Assembly (NCBI GenBank): GCA_964390845.1
Contig: CAYMIL010000001.1
Span: forward strand, 178,448 to 242,447
DNA: 64,000 bases
Direction of reading: 5' to 3'
Source: an uncultured Candidatus Saccharibacteria bacterium
GTDB lineage: Bacteria > Patescibacteriota > Minisyncoccia > Phycocordibacterales > CALRHW01
Below, one piece after another: positions 50,332 to 60,315 of this stretch (position 1 is the stretch's first letter; each line of letters begins with the position of its first letter). The position numbers were made by a program, and so were the translations under genes. The notes below the pieces were generated by a model. It made no database searches. It was not told where the DNA came from and was given only the letters and a program-made list of their open reading frames with translations.

Positions 50332-51580
50332 GCATACAGTACCGACCATGAATTCCGGATCACGCACAAAGCATGCACAAAAACAGGCACCGTATCTGCT
50401 CAAAGAGCTCGATCGAGTAGCTGACATCGCTTCGTTTTTCGGCTTCACCCCCATAAAAACACCCGACATCACAAAAGAAGACGTAAGCAAAGCATCGTCA
50501 TTCAAAAGCGGGTCCGCACGAACACTCAACGAAGAACAAGAAGGACTCACCGCCACTCCTGAGGAAAAAATTGCCCTTTTGCGTACATATCTCGAAAACG
50601 ACATGGCATCCCTTCCTCATCCACTCATGCTCTATTACCGAAAGCCATTTGGTGGCCTTTCGGCACGCAAGCGTTCAACACTATTTCAGTGTGGACTCGA
50701 CATCATCGGCACCGCAAACAGTGTTGCTGAAGCACTTGTAATAAAAACACTCTGCGCGATTCTCACCGAACAAGGATTCGGTGACCTCTCCATAGACATC
50801 AACACACTTGGCGACAAAGATTCTGCCGCTCGTTTCGATCGCGAGCTTGCTTCGTATATCCGAAAACATGTCGGAGAAATGTCACCTGAATTGAGAGCTG
50901 CGGTAAAAAAGGATCCCCTCGAATTGTTGCGCTGGATTGATGAGCGAGACGCTCGTGTCTGCGAACATGCCCCAAAACCAATGGGCTTTTTAAGCGAACC
51001 GAGCATCCAGCACTTCAAAGAAGTCCTCGAATATCTAGAAACACTCAACATTCCATACCGCATCAACGACCGTCTCATCAGTGACAGAAGCTACTGCTCC
51101 CATACTATCTTTGAAATCCGCGGCACAGGTGGCCCTCGTAAAGAACAAGAGTCTGTACTTCTTGCAACAGGGTGCCGACACAACTACATCTCAAAAAAGG
51201 TTGGTTTTAAAAAAGATATACCCATGATGAGTGGTACGATTTGTTTCAAAAAAACACCTGATATGGTGCTCAAAATCACCGTTCGAAAAATCCAGCGCCC
51301 GAAGTTTTATTTCATCCAACTCGGCTTCAAAGCACGCCTCAAAAGCCTTATTATCATCGACACCCTACGAAAAGCACGCATTCCGGTATATCATGCCCTT
51401 ACCAAAGAAAAGCTCGTCAACCAGCTTGCCACAGCAGAACACGTCAAACCCTCTCATCTCATCATTATGGGCCAAAAAGAGGCCCTTGATGACACGGTCG
51501 TTATCCGACATATCGACACCCGAGCGCAAGACATTGTGAGCCTAGCGGAGCTTTCCCGATACTTGCAACGGCTTAAGTAG
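50318..51580 (+). CDS. Degenerate histidyl-tRNA synthetase paralogue
   Basis: HisRS architecture (FGF..IKTP, INTLGD, HFKEVLEYL, anticodon-binding domain) with eroded motifs 2 and 3. Confidence 0.75.
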   Translation: MINNKHTVPTMNSGSRTKHAQKQAPYLLKELDRVADIASFFGFTPIKTPDITKEDVSKASSFKSGSARTLNEEQEGLTATPEEKIALLRTYLENDMASLPHPLMLYYRKPFGGLSARKRSTLFQCGLDIIGTANSVAEALVIKTLCAILTEQGFGDLSIDINTLGDKDSAARFDRELASYIRKHVGEMSPELRAAVKKDPLELLRWIDERDARVCEHAPKPMGFLSEPSIQHFKEVLEYLETLNIPYRINDRLISDRSYCSHTIFEIRGTGGPRKEQESVLLATGCRHNYISKKVGFKKDIPMMSGTICFKKTPDMVLKITVRKIQRPKFYFIQLGFKARLKSLIIIDTLRKARIPVYHALTKEKLVNQLATAEHVKPSHLIIMGQKEALDDTVVIRHIDTRAQDIVSLAELSRYLQRLK

Positions 51581-51601
51581 TATGTTAATATCTTCCCCAC
51601 T

Positions 51602-51847
51602 ATGGCAGTAAATATTCAAATCGAGCGAAACGCAAACGAAAACAACCTAAACCTCCTCAAGAGGTTTACTCGACGCGTTCAGGGTTCAGGTGTACTTCCT
51701 CGGGTTCGATCTATCCGATACAGTGAGCGCCAGCCTTCACGATATGTAAAGAAGAAGCGCGCACTTAAGTCTATTCGAGGCCGTGAAAAAATGGCTGAGC
51801 TCATCAAGATGGGAAAGGTCGCGGAAAAACCAGCGGGTCGCCGCTAA
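51602..51847 (+). CDS. rpsU: Divergent 30S ribosomal protein bS21-like
   Basis: NE..LLKRFTRRV..G.L..R..RY..PS..KKRA pattern. Confidence 0.65.
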   Translation: MAVNIQIERNANENNLNLLKRFTRRVQGSGVLPRVRSIRYSERQPSRYVKKKRALKSIRGREKMAELIKMGKVAEKPAGRR

Positions 51848-51854
51848 TCTCCCT

Positions 51855-52244
51855 GTGAGTCAGGTACCCACATTTTCTATCAAAAACACGACAAAAGGCA
51901 GGCTTCCGAGCTTGCCTTTTGCGCGCATAAAAGACAGTGTGCTAGGCCCACAATACACCCTTAGCTTTGCTATTGTTGGAGTCCGAGCATCGCGACGCCT
52001 CAATAGAACATATAGAAACAAAGATGCTCCGACGGATGTCTTGAGCTTCTCCCTTGAAAAAAATGTTGGCGAAATTGTGATCAATCCAGACATCGCTCGA
52101 CGAAAAGCAAAAGCGTTTGGCAGATCGTATGAAAACTATATAGGTTTCATTTTCATTCACGGACTCTACCACCTCAAAGGATACGACCACGGAGACGCAA
52201 TGGAACGCGCAGAAGCAAAAACACGAGCGGTTTTCAACATCTAA
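51855..52244 (+). CDS. ybeY: rRNA maturation endoribonuclease YbeY
   Basis: LNRTYR.KD.PTDVLSF, HGLYHLKGYDH; GTG start after the rpsU stop. Confidence 0.93.
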   Translation: MSQVPTFSIKNTTKGRLPSLPFARIKDSVLGPQYTLSFAIVGVRASRRLNRTYRNKDAPTDVLSFSLEKNVGEIVINPDIARRKAKAFGRSYENYIGFIFIHGLYHLKGYDHGDAMERAEAKTRAVFNI

Positions 52245-52287
52245 CAGCATCATAGACGCATACTCCCGTGCTATACTAACGACATAT

Positions 52288-53481
52288 ATGGCGCGGAATA
52301 TTACTGTAGGTATAGATATTGGAACATACCAGGTGAAAGTCGCCGTCGCGGAGCAGGTTAAGGGCCAGCATGGAACCGAACTCAAAATAATCGGCGCTGG
52401 ATACGCTGAGTCACGAGGCCTTCGTCACGGCTACATCATCAACTCAAACGACACGGCGCGTAGCATCGCCCGCGCAATCGCGCAAGCAGAAAAGTCTTCT
52501 GGACAAAAAATAAAGCGTGCATTTATGTCTGTCGGAGGTATCGGACTCTCCAGTGTTACCGCCTCCGGCGCAGTCGTTATCTCTCGCGCAGATTCAGAGA
52601 TTACACACCTCGATTTATCTAAGGTTCTTGAAAACTGTGAGAAAGAAATACAGCCTTCAATGATACTCAATCGCAAGATTATCCACGCTATTCCAATACA
52701 ATACAAACTCGACGGCAAACAAGTGCTCGGGCAGCCACTCGGCATGAAAGGTATGCGTCTTGAAGCAAAAGTGATGTTTATCACGTGCCTCGAACACCAC
52801 GTCAACGACCTTATTCGCGCAATCGAAGAAGCAGGCGTTGAGGTGATAGATGTGATGGCTTCCCCACTTGCCGCAAGCCTTGTTACACTCACCAAAACTC
52901 AAAAAATCGCCGGTTGTGTACTTGCAAATATAGGCGCGGAAACAGTGTCCATAGTCGTATTTGAAAACAATATTCCAATCTCTCTTGAGGTCTTCCCGAC
53001 TGGTTCGACAGACATTACCAACGACATTGCACTCGGTCTCAAAATGCCCCTTGAAGAAGCGGAGCACGTAAAGCTCGGCGCCGTCACATCAACAACATAC
53101 CCACGCAAGAAACTTGAGGAAATCATTACCGCTCGCCTTCAAGATATTTTTGAACTCATCGAGGCGCATCTCAAAAAAATTGGCCGTGATGGTTTGTTGC
53201 CCGCAGGTATTATTTTGACGGGCGGTGGCGGCGGAGTCATGAGTAATATCGAAGAACTCGCGAAACACGCCCTAAGACTTCCTGCGCGCATTGCGTCAAT
53301 TTATCTTGGAGAAAATGGCGCGTCCGCAATAAAAGATTCTTCATGGTCAGTTGCGTTTGGTTTGTGTGTCTTCGGATTTACTGCCGAAGGCGACGGCGCA
53401 ATCGGCATTGGCCCGATCGGTGCATTACCAAAAAAATTGAAGCGCATGATTGCCGGTTTCATGCGTCAGTTCTTGCCATAG
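52288..53481 (+). CDS. ftsA: Cell division protein FtsA
   Basis: GIDIGT, NIGAETV, ITNDIA..AEHVK, GIILTGGG. Confidence 0.95.
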   Translation: MARNITVGIDIGTYQVKVAVAEQVKGQHGTELKIIGAGYAESRGLRHGYIINSNDTARSIARAIAQAEKSSGQKIKRAFMSVGGIGLSSVTASGAVVISRADSEITHLDLSKVLENCEKEIQPSMILNRKIIHAIPIQYKLDGKQVLGQPLGMKGMRLEAKVMFITCLEHHVNDLIRAIEEAGVEVIDVMASPLAASLVTLTKTQKIAGCVLANIGAETVSIVVFENNIPISLEVFPTGSTDITNDIALGLKMPLEEAEHVKLGAVTSTTYPRKKLEEIITARLQDIFELIEAHLKKIGRDGLLPAGIILTGGGGGVMSNIEELAKHALRLPARIASIYLGENGASAIKDSSWSVAFGLCVFGFTAEGDGAIGIGPIGALPKKLKRMIAGFMRQFLP

Positions 53482-53601
53482 TCATACCCTCTAAAAAACC
53501 TTGCCGTTAGGCTCTTTTTTAGACATTCAAACAGCGAAAAACAGTCGTTGTCAATATATTTTTCTTTTCTCATCTATCTGATATGATGTAAAAAAAACAA
53601 C

Positions 53602-54756
53602 ATGCCACACATTAAACCTGAAGTAGAAGCATTTGCCCGAATCAAAGTCCTGGGTGTCGGAGGTTCCGGAAAAAACGCTATTAACCACATGATCAACAGC
53701 AAAGTGCGCGGCGTTGAATTTATCGCCGTAAACACTGACGCGCAAGACTTGCACAGCACACAAGCAAAGAAGAAAATTCACATTGGAAAAAATCTTACAC
53801 GAGGCTTGGGTACTGGTATGAACCCAGAGCTCGGACGACGCGCTGTTGAGGAAACTCAGGAAGAAATTCAGGAAGCTATCAAGGGTGCGGATATGGTCTT
53901 TATTGCAGGAGGCATGGGAGGTGGCACATACACCGGTGCCGCTCCACGCATCGCACAAATTGCAAAAGAACTCGGCGCGCTCACTGTCGGTGTCTCCACC
54001 AAGCCATTTTTCTTTGAAGGTACACAGCGCATGCGCCTCGCAGACCAAGGTCTCGAAGAACTTCGAAAATCCGTCGACGCCATCATCACCGTTCCCAACG
54101 ACAGACTCCTCAATGCAATCGACAGAACGACAACAGCAAAAAATGCATTCGCTATCTGTGACGACGTCCTCAAGCAGGCAGTAGAAGGCATTTCAGACCT
54201 CATCACAACCCCCGGCCTTATCAATATCGACTTCGCAGACATCAAAGCGGTCATGGAAAACGCTGGCCCAGCACTTATGGGTATCGGAACAGCTGTAGGA
54301 GAAAAGCGTGCTGAAGAGGCGGCAAAAATGGCTATCAATTCCCCTCTCCTCGAGATTTCAATGCAGGGCGCGAAGGGCGTACTCTTCTCTATCGCGGGTA
54401 GCGACGACCTCACAATGTTTGAAATCCAAGACGCGGCAAAGGTTATCACAGAATCCGCAGACCCAAATGCTCGCATCATCTTTGGAACAGTGCGCGACGA
54501 TAAGCTCAAGAAAGGTGAAATCAAGATAACTGTTATTGCATCCGGTTTCCCTGAAATCCCTTCAAAGAAAAACTCTTTGTTCCAGAGTACAGAAAAAGAA
54601 GAGGTTGCTCCTGTGGCACAAAAAGGAAAAGGATTTACCCCACCCGCAACACAACCATCTCCCCTTGAAGAAAAGAAGGTTTCCGCAACATCTGCAGAAG
54701 ACGACGATGACTGGGGTGCTGTTCCCGCATTCTTGCGACGTTCAAAACTTAAGTAA
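53602..54756 (+). CDS. ftsZ: Cell division protein FtsZ
   Basis: GVGGSG, NTDAQ, GMGGGTYTG, NIDFADI, C-terminal VPAFLRR. Confidence 0.98.
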   Translation: MPHIKPEVEAFARIKVLGVGGSGKNAINHMINSKVRGVEFIAVNTDAQDLHSTQAKKKIHIGKNLTRGLGTGMNPELGRRAVEETQEEIQEAIKGADMVFIAGGMGGGTYTGAAPRIAQIAKELGALTVGVSTKPFFFEGTQRMRLADQGLEELRKSVDAIITVPNDRLLNAIDRTTTAKNAFAICDDVLKQAVEGISDLITTPGLINIDFADIKAVMENAGPALMGIGTAVGEKRAEEAAKMAINSPLLEISMQGAKGVLFSIAGSDDLTMFEIQDAAKVITESADPNARIIFGTVRDDKLKKGEIKITVIASGFPEIPSKKNSLFQSTEKEEVAPVAQKGKGFTPPATQPSPLEEKKVSATSAEDDDDWGAVPAFLRRSKLK

Positions 54757-54770
54757 TTTCTATAGTATCT

Positions 54771-55709
54771 ATGTACGATCTCATCATAATTGGTGGCGGA
54801 CCTGCTGGCGTCGCCGCGGGCGTCTATGCCGCACGCAAACGCCTCACAACCGCGTTTATCACAGCAGACTTCAATAGCCAGAGCGCGGTGTCCGAGAATA
54901 TCCAAAATTGGATTGGTACTATTTCTCTTTCAGGGCAGACCTTAGCAGACAATCTGAGAAAACACCTCCTCGCATACGCAGACGACGTTGTAACACTCTT
55001 TGAGGGACAGTGGGCACAACGTATAGAAAAAACGGCGGACGGTGAAGGGTTTACCGTAACAACAGATAAGGGCACGTTTACAGCACGTGCAGTACTCATC
55101 GCCACAGGAAGCACCCGACGCAAGCTCACCGTTCCTGGTGCAGACACCTTTGAACACAAAGGTCTCACCTACTGCGCATCCTGCGACGGGCCACTGTTTG
55201 CTGGCCAAGATGTTGCTGTTATTGGCGGGGGTAATGCCGCATTTGAGACAGCTGCCCAACTCCTCGCATACGCAAAAACAGTTACCCTCCTTAACCGCAG
55301 TGACAACCTTAGGGCCGACCCCGTTACCGTAGAGCGAGTACTCGCCCATCCACAGATGCGCGTTATCAAAAACGCAGTCCCTACAGAGGTTCGCGGAGAA
55401 AAGTTTGTAACAGGACTCACTTATGAAGATACGACAACACACGCCCAAGAAACTCTTCCGGTAACCGGCATTTTCGTCGAAATCGGCCTTATTCCTTCAA
55501 CATCTTTTGCATCATCCATTGTATCCCTCGATGAACACGGACACATCCCTGTTGACCCTCGCACACAACGTACGCCAGTCGAGGGTATCTGGGCTGCCGG
55601 AGATTGCACCGACGGGCTCTATCATCAAAACAACATCGCCGCGGGCGATGCTGTAAAGGCTCTCGAAGATATTTATATGTTTATAGTCCGGAAATCACCG
55701 ACGCGGTAA
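54771..55709 (+). CDS. trxB: Thioredoxin reductase / AhpF-like FAD oxidoreductase
   Basis: GGGPAG, CASCDG, GGGNAA, AAGD. Confidence 0.85.
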   Translation: MYDLIIIGGGPAGVAAGVYAARKRLTTAFITADFNSQSAVSENIQNWIGTISLSGQTLADNLRKHLLAYADDVVTLFEGQWAQRIEKTADGEGFTVTTDKGTFTARAVLIATGSTRRKLTVPGADTFEHKGLTYCASCDGPLFAGQDVAVIGGGNAAFETAAQLLAYAKTVTLLNRSDNLRADPVTVERVLAHPQMRVIKNAVPTEVRGEKFVTGLTYEDTTTHAQETLPVTGIFVEIGLIPSTSFASSIVSLDEHGHIPVDPRTQRTPVEGIWAAGDCTDGLYHQNNIAAGDAVKALEDIYMFIVRKSPTR

Positions 55710-56682
55710 GATCTGTCGGCAACTCTGAGCGCGTGTGTGTTATATACACGTTTGCGTACATAAGCCCCGCAATTAGCACCACCATTGCAACAGCACCAGC
55801 GATAATGCGCGGGTGCTGTATTTGTATTTTTACAAACACAGTGAGCGTGAGGGCAAGCAACACAAAGAGAAGGAATGCCCCGAGAACGTATTCTGTCGTA
55901 GCGCGTGGCGTGGACTGTACGCGACGGAGAATTGATGTTTGATCGGGCTGTGATGTCTCACTTCCAAGAACACGTACGGCATCTTGTGATGTAGGCACTT
56001 CAGGCGCTGGCGCTTCTGCTACAGAAGGTATCTGCTGTACAGGAGAAGTAGGCGTACCAGCTGGGGCTGGTGTGGGTGTGGAAGCAGGTGTTTGAAGTGC
56101 CACGCTACGCGACACGCGCTTTGGCGCACCAAAGAACTGCGCAACAAAGATTGCCTGACGGCCCTTGTACACACCCTGAGCAACAGCAATACCGACCTCT
56201 GTATAATGTTCGTTTACAATATTTGCCCGATGTAGCGGCGAATTCATCCATGCACGATCGACGTCCTGTGAATCCACAAAGTTGACCGCGAGATTTTCAC
56301 CTGCATATGAGTAGTTGTATCCAACCTGATGTAGCCAATACCACGGCTCATGCCCCTCAGGGCTTGTGTGCGCAAAGTAACCCTTTGCAGCCATATCATT
56401 TGCCTTCAGCTGAGCCGCCTGTTCAAGGAGTGCGTTGTGGGACAATGGCGCCAAGCTGTTATCCTCACGATTTTCATTGGTAAGTGATACGAGCACACCC
56501 GGCAATACCGACGCGAGATTACGAAAAACAGCTGTATTAAAAAAGAAGGCATTGAGTACGAAAAAGCCCTCGATGCACAGTACGAGCGCGGCCATAACGA
56601 GAAGCGACTTCATTCGAAGCGCGTGCGGCTTATAATCGTTGTCCGGACGAGGGATGAGATATCGTGTAATCGCCTTTCTCAT
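55681..56682 (-). CDS. CAP (SCP)-domain membrane protein
   Basis: YFAHTSP, AGENLA, WMNSPLHRANI; TMs at both ends. Confidence 0.9.
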   Translation of the reverse strand: MRKAITRYLIPRPDNDYKPHALRMKSLLVMAALVLCIEGFFVLNAFFFNTAVFRNLASVLPGVLVSLTNENREDNSLAPLSHNALLEQAAQLKANDMAAKGYFAHTSPEGHEPWYWLHQVGYNYSYAGENLAVNFVDSQDVDRAWMNSPLHRANIVNEHYTEVGIAVAQGVYKGRQAIFVAQFFGAPKRVSRSVALQTPASTPTPAPAGTPTSPVQQIPSVAEAPAPEVPTSQDAVRVLGSETSQPDQTSILRRVQSTPRATTEYVLGAFLLFVLLALTLTVFVKIQIQHPRIIAGAVAMVVLIAGLMYANVYITHTRSELPTDLTASVISGL

Positions 56683-56734
56683 AATGCCGAAATTATATCA
56701 CATTTTATTGAAATATCAACAGCGACACAAACTG

Positions 56735-56807
56735 TGGGCGATAGAGGACTCGAACCTCTGGCATCAACAACGTCAATGTTGCGCTCTACCAACTGAGCTA
56801 ATCGCCC
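56735..56807 (-). tRNA. tRNA-Val(GAC)
   Basis: Reverse-complement cloverleaf, loop TTGACGT. Confidence 0.93.
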
Positions 56808-56822
56808 ATAAAGGACATTTTA

Positions 56823-59540
56823 TCAGAACTCCGGTGTGCTGACAAAGAGTGCACAGCGCGCCTTGTGCTTCCCCGCAATCTTCTGCAAGCCATCCTCAAG
56901 GACATTTTCTGATCCACCCTGCCATGCACGAACAGCAGCAATATCATCTGCTCCATACACACCATCTACAGCAAGACTCGCGCCTTCATAGGTATTGAGG
57001 TACTTCTCGAGTAACTTCACCTGAACGGTGTTGTTTGCCGCACCAACCTTAATCTCTTGTGTTGGGTACAACAGAGGAAGCGCACATGACAAGATCTGAG
57101 TTTCGATTTCTGCCTGTGCACACGCCGCTTTGTGAGTCTGCTTAATCTTCTGAAGGCTTGTCATAAAAACGTAGCCGGTACCCTTTGTAATACCCCACGG
57201 CTTGAGTACTTCGTCTGCATATTTCTCCTGCCATGCGACAACAGCATTAAAATCATTCTGAGAATAGATGCCGTCGACTGGGAGCTGTGCACCCTCATAG
57301 GTGTTGAGAAAACGCTCAAGAAGTTTTACATCTTCTGGATTGTTTACTGCGCCGAGCTTGATTGGGCGCGTAAGGTACGGCTCAACTTCACATGAGAGCG
57401 TAGACGCTCCAAGAACTTCTCCTGTAGACGCAATACGGCCTCCACTACTTCCTCCACCATGGTGTCCTCCTCCGTTTCCACCACCATTACCTCCACTGTT
57501 ATTTGCTGAAGCAAATGCCACAGTGAGCGTTTTGTCAGCAACAACATCATACACATTGTCTGAAAGAGCATCGTTTACAGCGACAGTAATTGTTGCGGTG
57601 TCATTGTCTCCCGCTGTCCCTGTGCCAGTCACAAGAACTTTCTGAGGAAGATTCCAGTTGGACGGAGTAAATGTAAGTGTACTTGGCACAACAGTCGCGC
57701 GTGACACATCTGATGATGACACATCTATAACCACATCAGTCGCTGGCTGTGTGTTGAGCACCACGGTGAAAGAATCGTTGCCGTTGCCTGTGATATCAAG
57801 TGATGTTTTTGAAACCGTAATACCCGCGCCAGTCGCAATCGGTGATGCGTAATGCACATATACTGCGCCACGATTTGTACCCATCGTATCGTCGTAGAAT
57901 GCGCCAACAGCCATATCATTCATGCCGTCTCCATTGAGATCGCCCATGTTTGCAATCGACTCACCGTAAAAGTCATTGAAGTTGATTGCTGGACCGTTTG
58001 GAGAGTTTTCATCGAGAAGCTCTGTAGACTTGATCGAACCGTCCGCGTTCATGAAGTGCACAAATACCTCACCCTTGTTGTCACCCGCTGTCGATTCATC
58101 TGCAGTTGAGAAGAAACTTTCCGCACCAACAGCAATGTCATTTACACCATTCCCATCGAGGTCGCCCATATTTTCAACAGAAGTACCGTAGTAGTCATTG
58201 TCGGCAAGTGTTGGGCCATTTGCAGTGTTATCATCAATTTTTACTGTTGAATTGATGCCGTTGGCACTGTTCATAAAGTGAATGTATAGTGCACCACGAT
58301 GGACACCTACCGTATTGTCGTAATTTGCGCTTACAGCGATATCTGAAACGCCGTCATGGTTGATATCGCCGATATCATCAATTGCTGTGCCGTAATAATC
58401 CATGTCTACCAACACCGCACCATGGGGTGTTGTTCCATCAAACACCTTCGTTGATTTCACTGAACCATCGTGGTTCATAAAATGCATAAACCATGCACCG
58501 CGGTCTACACCACCGCTGTCTTTGTAGTGGGAACCCACCGCAAGGTCCTGCACACCGTCACCATCTCGATCACCAATGTCAGCAATAGCCACTCCATATC
58601 GGTCATTGTTTGCAAGAACAGGACCATTTGCAGTGCTGTCGTCGATTTTTACCGTCGACTTAACAGAACCATTTGTATTCAAAAAGAGAATGTAGACAGC
58701 ACCTCGGTTGAGACCCACAGAGTCATCACCGTATGCACCCACAGCAATATCTGTGACACCGTCGTTGTTGAGGTCGCCGATGTTTTCAAGACTCACACCA
58801 AACTGATCGTTTTCAGCGAGTGTTGGGCCGTTTGCAGTGCTGTCGTCGATTTTTACCGTCGACTTAACTGTATTGTCGGCGTTTCGGAAATGGATATATA
58901 CCGCGCCAGTGTCAGTGCCATTTGTATCATTGCGATGCGCACCCACAGCAATATCTGTGACGCCGTCGTTGTTGAGGTCGCCAATGTTTTCAACGCTAAC
59001 GCCGTATCGATCCTCGTTTGCAAGTGTTGGGCCGTTTGCAGTGCTGTCGTCAATTTTAAATGTTGAAAGGAGGCTAAATGGCGTATCTGCTCCGGACAAC
59101 AACAACTCAAACAAGTTTTCCTGTTTTGCAGGAATTTGCTGTGCAGATTTTGACGAACGACGTGAAGAAACAAAACGAGTTGGGTTTGTTGAAACAGGTG
59201 TAAGGGCCTCAGTCACAACAACCGCGCCTGTGTCGTCTTGTGTGTAAGTCTCAGATGCAGAGGTGTCCGCTACCGGAGTTTCTGTTGCTGGAGTTTCTGT
59301 TGCTGGAGTTGTTGTTTGCACAACCTCCTCAGAAGAAATCTCGGGTGTTGGCTCAGATACTTCTTGAGAAGCGGGCTCTGAAGCAACCTCTTCAGAAATT
59401 CCCTCGGAAACCGACGCCACTTCAGCACTTGAAGAAAATACAAACATCGATGGCGGAAAGCCCATTATCAACACAGAAACAGCGAATACTGAGGCAAAAA
59501 ACTTGATCTGGTGAGAGAGATATGTGGCAAGAAGTCGCAT
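56823..59540 (-). CDS. Surface protein: FG-GAP (integrin-alpha-like) repeats, Ig-like domain, two peptidoglycan-binding-like domains
   Basis: Six (I/M)GDx(N/D)xDGxxD(I/L/M)AV repeats, TVVLNTQP..LTFTPSNW, C-terminal LxVDGxY..V.AWQ x2. Confidence 0.88.
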   Translation of the reverse strand: MRLLATYLSHQIKFFASVFAVSVLIMGFPPSMFVFSSSAEVASVSEGISEEVASEPASQEVSEPTPEISSEEVVQTTTPATETPATETPVADTSASETYTQDDTGAVVVTEALTPVSTNPTRFVSSRRSSKSAQQIPAKQENLFELLLSGADTPFSLLSTFKIDDSTANGPTLANEDRYGVSVENIGDLNNDGVTDIAVGAHRNDTNGTDTGAVYIHFRNADNTVKSTVKIDDSTANGPTLAENDQFGVSLENIGDLNNDGVTDIAVGAYGDDSVGLNRGAVYILFLNTNGSVKSTVKIDDSTANGPVLANNDRYGVAIADIGDRDGDGVQDLAVGSHYKDSGGVDRGAWFMHFMNHDGSVKSTKVFDGTTPHGAVLVDMDYYGTAIDDIGDINHDGVSDIAVSANYDNTVGVHRGALYIHFMNSANGINSTVKIDDNTANGPTLADNDYYGTSVENMGDLDGNGVNDIAVGAESFFSTADESTAGDNKGEVFVHFMNADGSIKSTELLDENSPNGPAINFNDFYGESIANMGDLNGDGMNDMAVGAFYDDTMGTNRGAVYVHYASPIATGAGITVSKTSLDITGNGNDSFTVVLNTQPATDVVIDVSSSDVSRATVVPSTLTFTPSNWNLPQKVLVTGTGTAGDNDTATITVAVNDALSDNVYDVVADKTLTVAFASANNSGGNGGGNGGGHHGGGSSGGRIASTGEVLGASTLSCEVEPYLTRPIKLGAVNNPEDVKLLERFLNTYEGAQLPVDGIYSQNDFNAVVAWQEKYADEVLKPWGITKGTGYVFMTSLQKIKQTHKAACAQAEIETQILSCALPLLYPTQEIKVGAANNTVQVKLLEKYLNTYEGASLAVDGVYGADDIAAVRAWQGGSENVLEDGLQKIAGKHKARCALFVSTPEF
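58621..59057. repeat. 204-bp near-identical tandem DNA repeat within the FG-GAP gene
   Basis: Matching blocks at 58621/58825/59029 and at 58735/58939. Confidence 0.85.
59275..59310. repeat. 15-bp tandem repeat (GGAGTTTCTGTTGCT)x2.4 encoding ATETP repeats
   Basis: Direct inspection. Confidence 0.85.
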
Positions 59541-59615
59541 ATATTTACGTAGTTAGTGCCACTCATACTACACACATAATCGGGCATGTCAAGAAAATCT
59601 CGTAGAAAAACGATG

Positions 59616-59702
59616 CGGAGGAGGTGGGATTTGAACCCACGAGAGGATTTCTCCCCTGCAGCTTTTCGAGAGCTGTGCTTTCAACCACTCAGCCACTCCT
59701 CC
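59616..59702 (-). tRNA. tRNA-Ser(CGA)
   Basis: GGAGGAG/CTCCTCC acceptor, loop CTCGAAA, long variable arm. Confidence 0.94.
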
Positions 59703-59854
59703 AAATACCGAATAATCCTAGCATTTACGCCATATTTTGCAAAAAGTGGTATAAAGGACATTTTTGTTTGTCCTTTATATGTCCTTTATACTTGTTTTAT
59801 TGACAGCACGCCCTTTTTGCTTTTTATACTAAAGATGCTACTATGTCGACTTGA

Positions 59855-59929
59855 GGCCCTATCGTCTATCGGTTAGGACAGTGCCCTTTCAAGGCGCAAA
59901 GCCGGGTTCGATTCCCGGTAGGGTCACCA
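59855..59929 (+). tRNA. tRNA-Glu(TTC)
   Basis: Cloverleaf, loop CTTTCAA, encoded CCA. Confidence 0.95.
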
Positions 59930-60030
59930 GAAAAATCTAGCTGTGTATAACTTTGCCCGCATCCAATTGCGATAGCGTATAATATAGACATCTACTACAT
60001 TATGTAGTGATTTATAAGTAACACAACATT

Positions 60031-60243
60031 ATGAAAGGACTTCACACTATCGCGTTTATTTTGGTTATCGTTGGTGCTCTCAACTGGCTTCTTATTGGCC
60101 TCTTCTCATGGGGCGTTGAGATGGTCTTGGGTGCTGGCATCTCAAAGCTTGTCTACATCCTCGTAGGTCTTTCTGGTCTCTACCTTGTCTTCACCCACAA
60201 GAAGACTTGCAAGGCATGCACTACAGGTGGTTCAACAATGTAA
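60031..60243 (+). CDS. DUF378-family small membrane protein
   Basis: LVIVGALNW.LIGLF..VYILVGLSG. Confidence 0.88.
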   Translation: MKGLHTIAFILVIVGALNWLLIGLFSWGVEMVLGAGISKLVYILVGLSGLYLVFTHKKTCKACTTGGSTM

Positions 60244-60265
60244 CACACTGGTATAGCAGTCTACA

Positions 60266-60292
60266 CAAAAAACCGCCACGGGCGGTTTTTTG
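60266..60292. terminator. Intrinsic terminator
   Basis: CAAAAAACCGCC/GGCGGTTTTTTG. Confidence 0.8.
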
Positions 60293-60315
60293 TTGAACTG
60301 TGCTAGAATACGCCC

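Noticed and set aside
55681-55709. 29-nt convergent overlap of trxB and the CAP gene
   Set aside because: Short 3' overlaps are ordinary in compact genomes.
58621-59310. CRISPR-like array
   Set aside because: The repeats are in-frame coding repeats without unique spacers, and no cas genes are present.
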